A DNA stretch of 10,952 bases from a bacterium (GTDB lineage: Bacteria; CALINM01): NCBI GenBank assembly GCA_041640455.1, contig JBEQAF010000058.1:2582-13533 (forward strand), written 5' to 3'. The notes under the pieces were generated by a model. That model was not told where the DNA came from, made no database searches, and saw nothing but the letters and a program-made list of their open reading frames with translations. Below, in pieces: positions 1-7,174 of the stretch. How positions within the stretch are numbered: the first letter of the stretch is position 1; every line of letters begins with the position of its first letter. Position numbers and translations under genes: made by a program.

Positions 1-2
1 AG

Positions 3-2846
3 TCTGATCTGGTCAATAAATCAGCTGTCGTAAGCTTTAAAGTAAAGAGGCAGATAGAAGATTGCAAAATTGCTAATAAAGATGAAGATACTTCAAAAGA
101 AGGAAGACAGGTTGGTTTTTATGCTTTAATAAATGGGAAATGGTTTAAAATAGGAAATGCTACCCTTTATAATAGCTCAGCCTTTAATGACTTACCTTAT
201 GGGCAGTTTGATAATTCTCATTTATTTTTAGGGAAGTGTAATGATGAAAACGACAGACCTTACGCAGTTTTTACAGAGGATGAGCTTAAACAGGCAAGTA
301 AGGAACTTGGTTTTGACTTATCCTACTATAACTTTGACTATGTTGCAACTGGGGATTTAAAAACCTTTTGCGTTGAAGGTGAGTTTAAAAAGTTAAAGAA
401 AAACGAAAAATCCCATCTATCTGGCTTATACCTTCACATAAGTGATTTAAAAAATGGATCCAATAGCATTCCTGGTTTTAGAGCTGCCTCGGGCTATACT
501 GATGAAAATGGGAAATTTAAAATTGAGGGAGTAACATCTGAAATAAATGCTAATTATACTATAGAGCTAAGTTTCACAGATCCATTTACATACCGCTGGA
601 TTCAAAAAAGCAAGAACTTAAAAGCAAAAGCAGTAAGTGGTTGCTATCAGGTTGATGTGGAAGAAATAACAGATCCCTTTGAATGCACTGTAACAGGCAG
701 GGTAAAAAAATCTAATGGATCAGCTTTTCCAAACAAATATATTTATGCATATGTGAAAGACAAATGGTATGGTTATCAATATAGTTATACAGATAGCCAG
801 GGTTTATATACCATACCTGTAATTTGTGGTGAAAACTATTTGCTTACAGATGGCGTTGATTCTTTTGAGTTTAATGTAAACGGGGGAACGGACTTAGACG
901 AAACAGATGACACAGGAAAACAGGTTGTTTTAAATCCTCAAATCCCTAATCATAAGCCCTATGTCTATGCCTATGCAAACCAGTATAGTATTAATACAGG
1001 GGAAACTGTTCAGCTTTACGGCTATGCATGGGATCCCGATGGTGATGCGTTAACATATTCATGGTCATCATCTGTAGGTACATTCAGTAGCGCATCTTCA
1101 TCAAGCCCCAAATGGACAGCGCCTTCAACACCTGGCACATATAAACTTACCTTGAGAGCAACAGATAGTGGAGGGGCCTATGAGGAAACCTCAATAGATA
1201 TCGAAGTTTTTACAGGTAATAGACCACCTAAGATTACCTATCTCTATGTGCCAAATTCTGTTGTAGCTGGTGACTCAGTAAATCTTTATGTATCTGCCTA
1301 TGATCCCGATGGTGATAGTTTATCATATAGCTGGTCGTCTAACGGAGGTAACTTTAACAGCAGTTCTGCCCAGAATCCTGCGTGGACAGCACCAGATGTT
1401 TCATCAACAACGACATATAATATTTCTGTCTCTGTTAATGATAATACAAACCCAGCCGTTACAGATAGTAGACCAATTACAGTTTATCCTGATACCGCCC
1501 CCGTGATAGTATCATACAACATACCATCAATTGTAACACCAGGTTCGACTAACACAATTTCTGCTTACGCCTATGACCCTGAAGGCAAACCTGTAACGTA
1601 CAGCTGGAGTATTAGTGGCGGAACTCCAACCTCATCTACCTCAAATTATATTATGTGGACCGCTCCAGCTTCTGAAGGTAGTTATAATGTTAATTTAACT
1701 GTTTCAGATGGCAAGAATTCTACATCACTTGGAGCAAAAACTATTACAGTAAAAAAAGTTAATACAGCTCCGGTAATCAGTACATTTACTGTCCCTGCCT
1801 CTGGTGGCATAAATCAGCCCATAACAATCTCAGCTACGGCAACAGATGCAGAAAATGATCCCTTAATCTTTAGTTTTTACGTAGATGGTAACTTAATAGC
1901 TGAAAAAACAACTACTCAGGCAGCTAAATCCGCAACCACTTCTACTACATGGACCCCTCGAATCAGAAAAACCTATACAATAGCTGTTGCAGTATCTGAT
2001 GGCGCTTTAACAGCAAAAAGTAGCAAAACGTTTACCGTAACAAACAGCGCTCCAGTTATAAGTAGCGTTAATGTTCCATCCACAGCTACTGCAGGAACAG
2101 CTGTACAATTTACTGCAACGGCAACCGATGCCGATGGTGATCCCTTAACATATACCTGGTTTGCAGGATCAACACAAATAGGTACTGGATCAACATTTAA
2201 CTGGACTCCAACCACTGGTGGTACCTACTCTATTACAGTAAGAGTTTCTGACGGAACTGATAGTGTTGAAAGCAGTCCAAAGTCAATTGTTGTAAACACA
2301 AAACCACAGGTTACAGACATTACTGTATCACCTGCAAATCCGCAATCAGGGCAGTCTGTAACATTAACAGCCACTGCAACCGATGCCGATGGTGATACTT
2401 TGACCTATGAATGGTATGTCCAGAATGTAAAGCAGACGGGAACTGGTGCAACTATAAACTGGACTCCAGCTTCTGCAGGCACCTACACTGTTGAGGTAAG
2501 AGTTTCTGATGGTAAAGTAAATACTCCAGTGACATTTACCAAAACGATCACCGTTACAGGTGCAGTTACCAACCAGCCACCCAGTACGCCCACAATAAGT
2601 GTTATACCCGGTGCTGGATATTATTTATTATCGGCAACCTCTACTGACCCGGATAACGGACCTTCTCAACTCACGTATACATGGTATGTAGATGGAACAC
2701 AAATTGGAACTGGTCAGACAGTTACTTGGTATGTAAATATCACTAAAACTTACACAGTTAAGGTTGTTGTAAGTGATGGAGCAGCAACAGCAGAAAAGAC
2801 TCAGAACATAGAGGTTACGGTGAATACTTATATTAATATTCAGTAA
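3..2846 (+). CDS. Large surface/adhesin-like protein, 5'-truncated (at least 947 aa), with two transthyretin/carboxypeptidase-regulatory-like domains and seven tandem Ig-like (PKD/cadherin-like) repeats
   Basis: Manual translation from base 3 (SDLVNKSAVVSFKVKRQIEDC...GCYQVDVEEITDPF) has no stop and runs in frame into the 657 ORF, so the true start is upstream of the window. 'SGYTDENGKFKI' and 'SYTDSQGLYTI' match the TDxxGxF/Y motif of carboxypeptidase-regulatory-like domains. Repeats follow NxxP...DxDGDxLxYxW...WT...Y...VSDG. Stop TAA at 2844-2846. Confidence 0.9.
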   Translation, partial: SDLVNKSAVVSFKVKRQIEDCKIANKDEDTSKEGRQVGFYALINGKWFKIGNATLYNSSAFNDLPYGQFDNSHLFLGKCNDENDRPYAVFTEDELKQASKELGFDLSYYNFDYVATGDLKTFCVEGEFKKLKKNEKSHLSGLYLHISDLKNGSNSIPGFRAASGYTDENGKFKIEGVTSEINANYTIELSFTDPFTYRWIQKSKNLKAKAVSGCYQVDVEEITDPFECTVTGRVKKSNGSAFPNKYIYAYVKDKWYGYQYSYTDSQGLYTIPVICGENYLLTDGVDSFEFNVNGGTDLDETDDTGKQVVLNPQIPNHKPYVYAYANQYSINTGETVQLYGYAWDPDGDALTYSWSSSVGTFSSASSSSPKWTAPSTPGTYKLTLRATDSGGAYEETSIDIEVFTGNRPPKITYLYVPNSVVAGDSVNLYVSAYDPDGDSLSYSWSSNGGNFNSSSAQNPAWTAPDVSSTTTYNISVSVNDNTNPAVTDSRPITVYPDTAPVIVSYNIPSIVTPGSTNTISAYAYDPEGKPVTYSWSISGGTPTSSTSNYIMWTAPASEGSYNVNLTVSDGKNSTSLGAKTITVKKVNTAPVISTFTVPASGGINQPITISATATDAENDPLIFSFYVDGNLIAEKTTTQAAKSATTSTTWTPRIRKTYTIAVAVSDGALTAKSSKTFTVTNSAPVISSVNVPSTATAGTAVQFTATATDADGDPLTYTWFAGSTQIGTGSTFNWTPTTGGTYSITVRVSDGTDSVESSPKSIVVNTKPQVTDITVSPANPQSGQSVTLTATATDADGDTLTYEWYVQNVKQTGTGATINWTPASAGTYTVEVRVSDGKVNTPVTFTKTITVTGAVTNQPPSTPTISVIPGAGYYLLSATSTDPDNGPSQLTYTWYVDGTQIGTGQTVTWYVNITKTYTVKVVVSDGAATAEKTQNIEVTVNTYINIQ
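948..2843 (+). repeat. Seven tandem Ig/PKD-like protein repeats of about 84-94 aa
   Basis: Units start at 948 (NHKP), 1218 (NRPP), 1491 (DTAP), 1761 (NTAP), 2043 (NSAP), 2295 (NTKP) and 2571 (NQPP). Their acidic loops are DPDGD, DPDGD, DPEGK, DAEND, DADGD, DADGD and DPDNG. Confidence 0.9.
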
Positions 2847-2870
2847 AGATATTGTTTTAAAATAAAAATA

Positions 2871-2877
2871 AAGGAGG
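2871..2877 (+). promoter_or_regulatory. Shine-Dalgarno site of the lipoprotein gene
   Basis: AAGGAGG, 6 nt before ATG 2884. Confidence 0.9.
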
Positions 2878-2883
2878 CACAAG

Positions 2884-4413
2884 ATGAAAAAAAGGCTTAT
2901 TAGTTACACAATGTTATTGGTAGCCACCCTGCTGATTTTAGCAGGCTGTGGTGGAAGCGGGGCTGACTTAGCCAGCTCTGTCTCAGATGCTGAAAAGACA
3001 GCAAAAGTTACTCTTTCCTTCCAGTTTCCTGAGCAGAATGATGTTGAAAAGTCGGTCATTTCCGATGCAACTACCCATATTCTTATCAATGTATGGCAAT
3101 GGACGAAGGCAAAAGACGGTACCCTGAATTATGTTAATTTTGATCGGAAGCTGATTGACAAGTCAAATCCTACGGCAACACTTGATTTGCTACCTACTTA
3201 TACAAATATCTGTGCAACCCAGTGGAATTACAATCCTTATTTTATTAATAATCGAGAAGCATTTGAAGCGTCAAAGTTAGAGACTGTATGTACCTTTGGG
3301 GAGCTGAAACCAGGCGCAAACAATGTTAATTTAAGAATGATAAGAGGCACCTGGACATTAAATACACCATTTGCCTTTAATAACACAACAAGCTTAATAT
3401 CTTTCTCACTTTATAGAAAAGGCTATCCATTATATGAATATGAAACACAACAAGGCTTGAATGATACAACCTACAATGATTTTAATACAAGAGGTATGGC
3501 AAAGGCAAACTTTGGTAGCGAATATAACGTAGCTTTAAAGGCAACTAAGACCTACTATGGTAATAATGGTTATTATATACCACCCTTTATGTTTGACCAG
3601 AAATCTCAGAGCATTGGATTTTACACTAACTTTTTTGGTATGGGAGATACAGCACCAGCATTTTTTATTGCTAAAGACGAGACTAAGGATCCATTATTAC
3701 CAAAAGGCTATGTATTATTTAGCTTACCTAAAAAGACCGATTCCGATGGCTGGTTAAGACAGTCCAAAGAGTTTATTGAATCCATTTCATACGATTATTC
3801 GTATGATACTAAACTGGCATTAGTAAATAGGACTGCTGAATTAAGAATTGATAAATGGAATGGCTCAAGCTATAGCAATAATCAAACTGCTACTATTTTA
3901 GATCCCTGTGTTCCTTCATCTGTATCATCAAATACGATGACACTCTGTGCAGGAAAAGAAGATAGTATTATCATTCCTGTAACAGCTTTCAATCAGTATT
4001 CAGGTGTTACTAACAGTTATAAGGTAACTATGAAAGGCATTTTATCTGGAGTAAATATCTGTTATGACGACGAGGCGCTTCCTTTATATGACAACTCGGG
4101 AAATCTTGTGGGATGCTATGATTATGAATACAATAGCTTATATGGAATTTGTTACAACGGCGGAACCTATCAGAATGGCAGATGTGAAAGGGACTTGCAG
4201 ACAGCCTGTTATGGGGGAGCTCAGGATCCAGATGAATATTATGATTCATCATCAAAGAGCTGTATATTTATGAAAGTTGGGTATGTTGGCGGAATAAATC
4301 TCACTCAGGTAACCGCAACGGGCGTGGGTAAGCTTGATGCAGGTGTAGGTGTTTCAACCTCAAAGGCATCCATAAATACATCAAGATTTAAACTAAATAT
4401 ACCAAAGAGATAA
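2884..4413 (+). CDS. Uncharacterised lipoprotein (509 aa), beta-rich, with a Cys/Tyr-rich C-terminal module
   Basis: MKKR, a hydrophobic stretch, lipobox LAG-C22 and a GGSG linker. Strong SD. Ten further cysteines. Starts 37 nt after the upstream gene, so probably co-transcribed. Followed by tandem stops TAATAATAA. Confidence 0.88.
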   Translation: MKKRLISYTMLLVATLLILAGCGGSGADLASSVSDAEKTAKVTLSFQFPEQNDVEKSVISDATTHILINVWQWTKAKDGTLNYVNFDRKLIDKSNPTATLDLLPTYTNICATQWNYNPYFINNREAFEASKLETVCTFGELKPGANNVNLRMIRGTWTLNTPFAFNNTTSLISFSLYRKGYPLYEYETQQGLNDTTYNDFNTRGMAKANFGSEYNVALKATKTYYGNNGYYIPPFMFDQKSQSIGFYTNFFGMGDTAPAFFIAKDETKDPLLPKGYVLFSLPKKTDSDGWLRQSKEFIESISYDYSYDTKLALVNRTAELRIDKWNGSSYSNNQTATILDPCVPSSVSSNTMTLCAGKEDSIIIPVTAFNQYSGVTNSYKVTMKGILSGVNICYDDEALPLYDNSGNLVGCYDYEYNSLYGICYNGGTYQNGRCERDLQTACYGGAQDPDEYYDSSSKSCIFMKVGYVGGINLTQVTATGVGKLDAGVGVSTSKASINTSRFKLNIPKR

Positions 4414-4438
4414 TAATAAATATTAAGCTCAATCATTG

Positions 4439-4469
4439 AGGGGATTCCGACAAGGAATCCCCTTTTTTT
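4439..4469 (+). terminator. Rho-independent terminator
   Basis: AGGGGATTCC (4439-4448), loop GACAA, GGAATCCCCT (4454-4463): a perfect 10-bp stem followed by a T tract to 4469, 25 nt after the stop codon. Confidence 0.92.
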
Positions 4470-4476
4470 AGGAGGT
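4470..4476 (+). promoter_or_regulatory. Shine-Dalgarno site of the 4481 gene
   Basis: AGGAGGT directly after the terminator T tract, 4 nt before TTG 4481. Confidence 0.8.
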
Positions 4477-4480
4477 AAAA

Positions 4481-4909
4481 TTGGTTAAAAAGGTTTTTTT
4501 ATTTTTCATTTTAACTGTCTCATTATGTTACGGGCAGATTGTATCTCCGCAGGAAAAGAGCGAGGCAAAGGAGGTTACGGTAAAAAAAACCTTTGGCAAA
4601 ATAAATATGGAGCTTTTTTGTGGAGTTGTAAGACCCTATGAGATTAAATTTCCCAATCCTGTAATGATAATGATAGAAAACAAAAAGGGATATACGACAA
4701 AAATAAGCTATGTTAGGCTTACCCTTACATCTGGTAAAAAAAGACTTTTTATAGAAGCAGAAAGAGGTTTGGCAAATAAGGATTATTCAAAGCTGGAGCT
4801 TAGAGGATTAAGAAAGATAGAAAACAGTGGTTTTCCAGCATTGCCCAATTCCCATGCCGTTATGATCAGCCTTAAAAAAGATGCTGTTAAAATAGACCGG
4901 GCAAACTGA
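4481..4909 (+). CDS. Small exported or membrane-anchored protein, possibly a short LptC/OstA-like beta-jellyroll
   Basis: TTG start with a strong SD and an N-terminal KK plus hydrophobic segment. 'TKISYVRLTL..G...LFIEAERGLANKDYSKLELRG' resembles the IxAxxGxxxxxxxxLxLxG pattern of LptC. The CDS is well supported; the fold call is by eye only. Confidence 0.55.
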   Translation: MVKKVFLFFILTVSLCYGQIVSPQEKSEAKEVTVKKTFGKINMELFCGVVRPYEIKFPNPVMIMIENKKGYTTKISYVRLTLTSGKKRLFIEAERGLANKDYSKLELRGLRKIENSGFPALPNSHAVMISLKKDAVKIDRAN

Positions 4910-4963
4910 GGGGATAAAAATTGTCTTAAAGTACACGCTAAAGCTTCCAGAAGCTATTAAGCT

Positions 4964-6010
4964 TTATAGGGTGCTAAACTTCTTTCTATTTTTCAAAATA
5001 TAGAAAAATGAAAGAAATGCAACCATGATAATTATAGGGAAAAAGAATCCTTTCTGAGCTCCAATGGCATAACTAAATACATTAGCCTCAAATACATAAA
5101 CCAGAGTAAGAGTAAAGATGAGCTTTAAAAAAAGTCTTAATCTTGAATTCTCATCCCTGCTTTCTATGCTCTCCCTGAAAAAAATCAGTATAAAAAACAT
5201 GGGAAGAATTAGATGCAGAAGCTTTTTTGAAAGCTGATGCTGGTATTTGTGTATATTAATATTGTAAATCTTCCCGAGTTTTATAATAGTTATGCTTTCT
5301 TTTAATGTAATAAGATGGGGCTTGTAGTTCAGAGTTAAAAATGCTTGATTTAGAGGAAGAGAAATTTTTTCATCTGCTGGCAGTATTGAGCCGTCGTTAT
5401 GGTATTTTAATCCCCCTTCGGTAAACCATAAGTCCCTAACTTTTTTTGCTTTTTTTGAAAATAAAATTTCCTCAATCTGCCCTGAGGGATTTAACTTAAT
5501 CTTTATAAAATTTTTTAGCTGCTCATTTCGCTCCATTTGCTCAACAAAAATAAAGCTATTTCCATCTTTTAATGCCATGTTGCTTATAGATAGCTCTTCT
5601 TGCTTTTTTATCTTATTTATGAGGGCAAGACTCTGTCTTCCAGCTAAAGGAGCTAAAAAAAACTCGTTAAGTAAAGATAGGGCTGAAAAGATAAAAGAAA
5701 AGAGCAGAATAATGCTCAAAAGTCTTGATAGGCTTATTCTGGATGAGAAAAGAGCAATAATCTGATAACTCTGAGAGAGGTTATTAAGTGCGAGGAGGCT
5801 TGCTATGGTTATGGAAAACATTGATATATAGGACATAAGAAAGGGTAGGCGATATATGACAAAAAGCAGTTTCTCACCATGATAAATATTCATCAACTCA
5901 TCTAAGTGCTCAAAAAGGTCAAATATAAAAACAGTGACTATAAAAATTGATAAGATAAGCAAAAAACTGTAAAGATATTCAATGAATAAAAGTTTGTATA
6001 GTCTTTTCAT
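4964..6010 (-). CDS. lptG: LptF/LptG (YjgP/YjgQ) family permease, LptG-like
   Basis: 348 aa with three TM segments, a periplasmic beta-rich domain and three more TM segments. 'FIFDLFEHLDEL' and 'YRLP' are LptG-like. Coupling-helix region 'LSQSYQIIALFSSRISLSRL'. ATGA overlap with the upstream paralogue at 6007-6010. Confidence 0.82.
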   Translation of the reverse strand: MKRLYKLLFIEYLYSFLLILSIFIVTVFIFDLFEHLDELMNIYHGEKLLFVIYRLPFLMSYISMFSITIASLLALNNLSQSYQIIALFSSRISLSRLLSIILLFSFIFSALSLLNEFFLAPLAGRQSLALINKIKKQEELSISNMALKDGNSFIFVEQMERNEQLKNFIKIKLNPSGQIEEILFSKKAKKVRDLWFTEGGLKYHNDGSILPADEKISLPLNQAFLTLNYKPHLITLKESITIIKLGKIYNINIHKYQHQLSKKLLHLILPMFFILIFFRESIESRDENSRLRLFLKLIFTLTLVYVFEANVFSYAIGAQKGFFFPIIIMVAFLSFFYILKNRKKFSTL

Positions 6011-7056
6011 CCCGAATACCTGATAAACCTTTTAAAAAATAATATCCCCGCTAAAATCTGAGAAATTATAACAGCTGGATATAGTAAAAAAGGGTTAATT
6101 ATCACTTTCTTTCCCAGAGAACGGCAAAGCATAGCTGTAGCAAAAAAAAGTATGCAGATAAAGAGATATTTTAAAAAAATGTTTAGCTGATTTTTTTTGA
6201 GGCTTGTTGAGATTGGTAGCAGGTAGAGAAAAAAGATCAGTGGAGATAGGGGTAGTAAAAAACGTTCAAAAAGTTCAACAGCTTCTTTTGGGGAGTCAGG
6301 GCTGTATAAGGATATTAAAAACAATGCCCTTGTGGGCAGAAGCTGAGGCGATATTTTAACCTCTTTCTCTCCAGTAACAGGCATCATTAAGTTGAAAAAT
6401 TCAAAACTCGTAAAGTTCTGATTTTTTATCTCAAAACTAACCCCCTTCTCAAAGGAGACCATGTATGGCTCAGACAAAATCATACGCTCAGAGGATATGG
6501 CTTTTAATGAGTTTGTTTCTGGTGATAAGTTTAGATAAAGCACCTTTGAAAAACTTCGGGAGTCCATAGATTGCTCAAAGAAAATGTATTTGTTGTTATC
6601 TAAATTATTTATCGTTCCAGCTTTAAGCTCTTTCATATAGTCTAAAAGTCGCATGTTAAAAAGCTTAAGCATCTTTCTTTCTGCTAATGGCTTTATTAAA
6701 TGGCTATTTAGCAAGGACAAGGTAACTAAAATAATAGTGAGTAAAAAGGTTATTTTTGCTATGCGTTTTGAAGATACTCTTGATGTATAGATGCCCATAA
6801 GCTCACCTGATGAGGTAAGCTTGTTAAAAGTAAAATAAAGGGCAAAAAGATAGGATACAGGTATAACTATGGTGCAGATAAAGGGTAGGGAGTAAATGAA
6901 GCTTAGCATGATCCTTATGGCAGAAAGATAGATTTTATCAGATTCTGAGAGAGTGGTAATTCGGTAAGCACTGCCAAGAAAAAGCAGGGCAAAAAAGATG
7001 GAAAAGAAAAAATAAAAAAATTCAGCATAAATCAGCCTGTTGAGTTGCCTTAGCAT
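6007..7056 (-). CDS. lptF: LptF/LptG (YjgP/YjgQ) family permease, LptF-like
   Basis: 349 aa with the same 3TM-periplasmic-3TM layout. 'YSLP...IVIPVS', 'FNKLTSSGELMGI', 'LKAGTIN' and 'ELFERFLLPLS' match LptF motifs. First gene of the tandem pair. Confidence 0.82.
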   Translation of the reverse strand: MLRQLNRLIYAEFFYFFFSIFFALLFLGSAYRITTLSESDKIYLSAIRIMLSFIYSLPFICTIVIPVSYLFALYFTFNKLTSSGELMGIYTSRVSSKRIAKITFLLTIILVTLSLLNSHLIKPLAERKMLKLFNMRLLDYMKELKAGTINNLDNNKYIFFEQSMDSRSFSKVLYLNLSPETNSLKAISSERMILSEPYMVSFEKGVSFEIKNQNFTSFEFFNLMMPVTGEKEVKISPQLLPTRALFLISLYSPDSPKEAVELFERFLLPLSPLIFFLYLLPISTSLKKNQLNIFLKYLFICILFFATAMLCRSLGKKVIINPFLLYPAVIISQILAGILFFKRFIRYSG

Positions 7057-7067
7057 ATGTTAGTTTA

Positions 7068-7096
7068 ATGATATTTCAAAAAGGGGTAGTTGTAAA
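7068..7096 (-). promoter_or_regulatory. Putative sigma70 promoter of lptF-lptG
   Basis: Minus strand: TTTACA (7096-7091), 17-nt spacer, TATCAT (7073-7068). Predicted start near 7061, about 5 nt before the ATG. No SD visible. Confidence 0.6.
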
Positions 7097-7106
7097 CAAG
7101 GAAAAT

Positions 7107-7120
7107 CAATAAATTTATTG
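7107..7120. promoter_or_regulatory. Perfect 14-bp palindrome, candidate operator
   Basis: CAATAAA-TTTATTG near the centre of the divergent intergenic region 7057-7174. Confidence 0.45.
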
Positions 7121-7139
7121 CAAAATGTATCAAAGAGCA

Positions 7140-7168
7140 TTGTAAATCGGTCAAACAAGTGATACTAT
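7140..7168 (+). promoter_or_regulatory. Putative sigma70 promoter with extended -10 for the subtilase gene (leaderless)
   Basis: TTGTAA (7140-7145), 17-nt spacer, TACTAT (7163-7168) with TG at 7160-7161. Six nt separate the -10 from ATG 7175. No SD. Confidence 0.68.
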
Positions 7169-7174
7169 ACTGCT

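Noticed and set aside
657..659. GTG start given by the ORF track
   Set aside because: The frame is open from base 3 and there is no SD, so it is an internal Val codon.
948..2843. CRISPR-like or DNA tandem array
   Set aside because: The periodicity is protein-domain repetition in an open frame, without identical repeats and unique spacers.
1288..4273. Small alternative ORFs 1288-1506, 1973-2215, 2628-2882, 2904-3089, 3557-3757, 4028-4255 and 4064-4273
   Set aside because: All lie within or antisense to well-supported genes and show no recognisable motifs; they are shadow ORFs.
4141..4380. Locally higher GC (about 44% by hand count) suggesting a swapped cassette
   Set aside because: Largely explained by Gly/Cys/Ala-rich coding; no boundary repeats were seen.
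4057..4413. Possible diversity-generating retroelement variable region at the lipoprotein 3' end, followed by a hairpin
   Set aside because: No reverse transcriptase and no template-repeat copy in the window. The hairpin has a T tract and fits a normal terminator. A remote template cannot be excluded.
5577..5765. 62-aa ORF antisense to lptG
   Set aside because: Shadow of a membrane-protein gene with no independent support.
4582..6198. A8/T8 homopolymers (e.g. 4582-4589, 6191-6198) as phase-variation tracts
   Set aside because: Such runs are common in this AT-rich, Lys/Phe-rich sequence and all frames are intact.
7090..7160. CarH/LitR or FNR operator upstream of the photolyase-containing operon
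   Set aside because: The TGTAAA/TAAACA-like words are not at 11-bp spacing and there is no TTGAT-N4-ATCAA.
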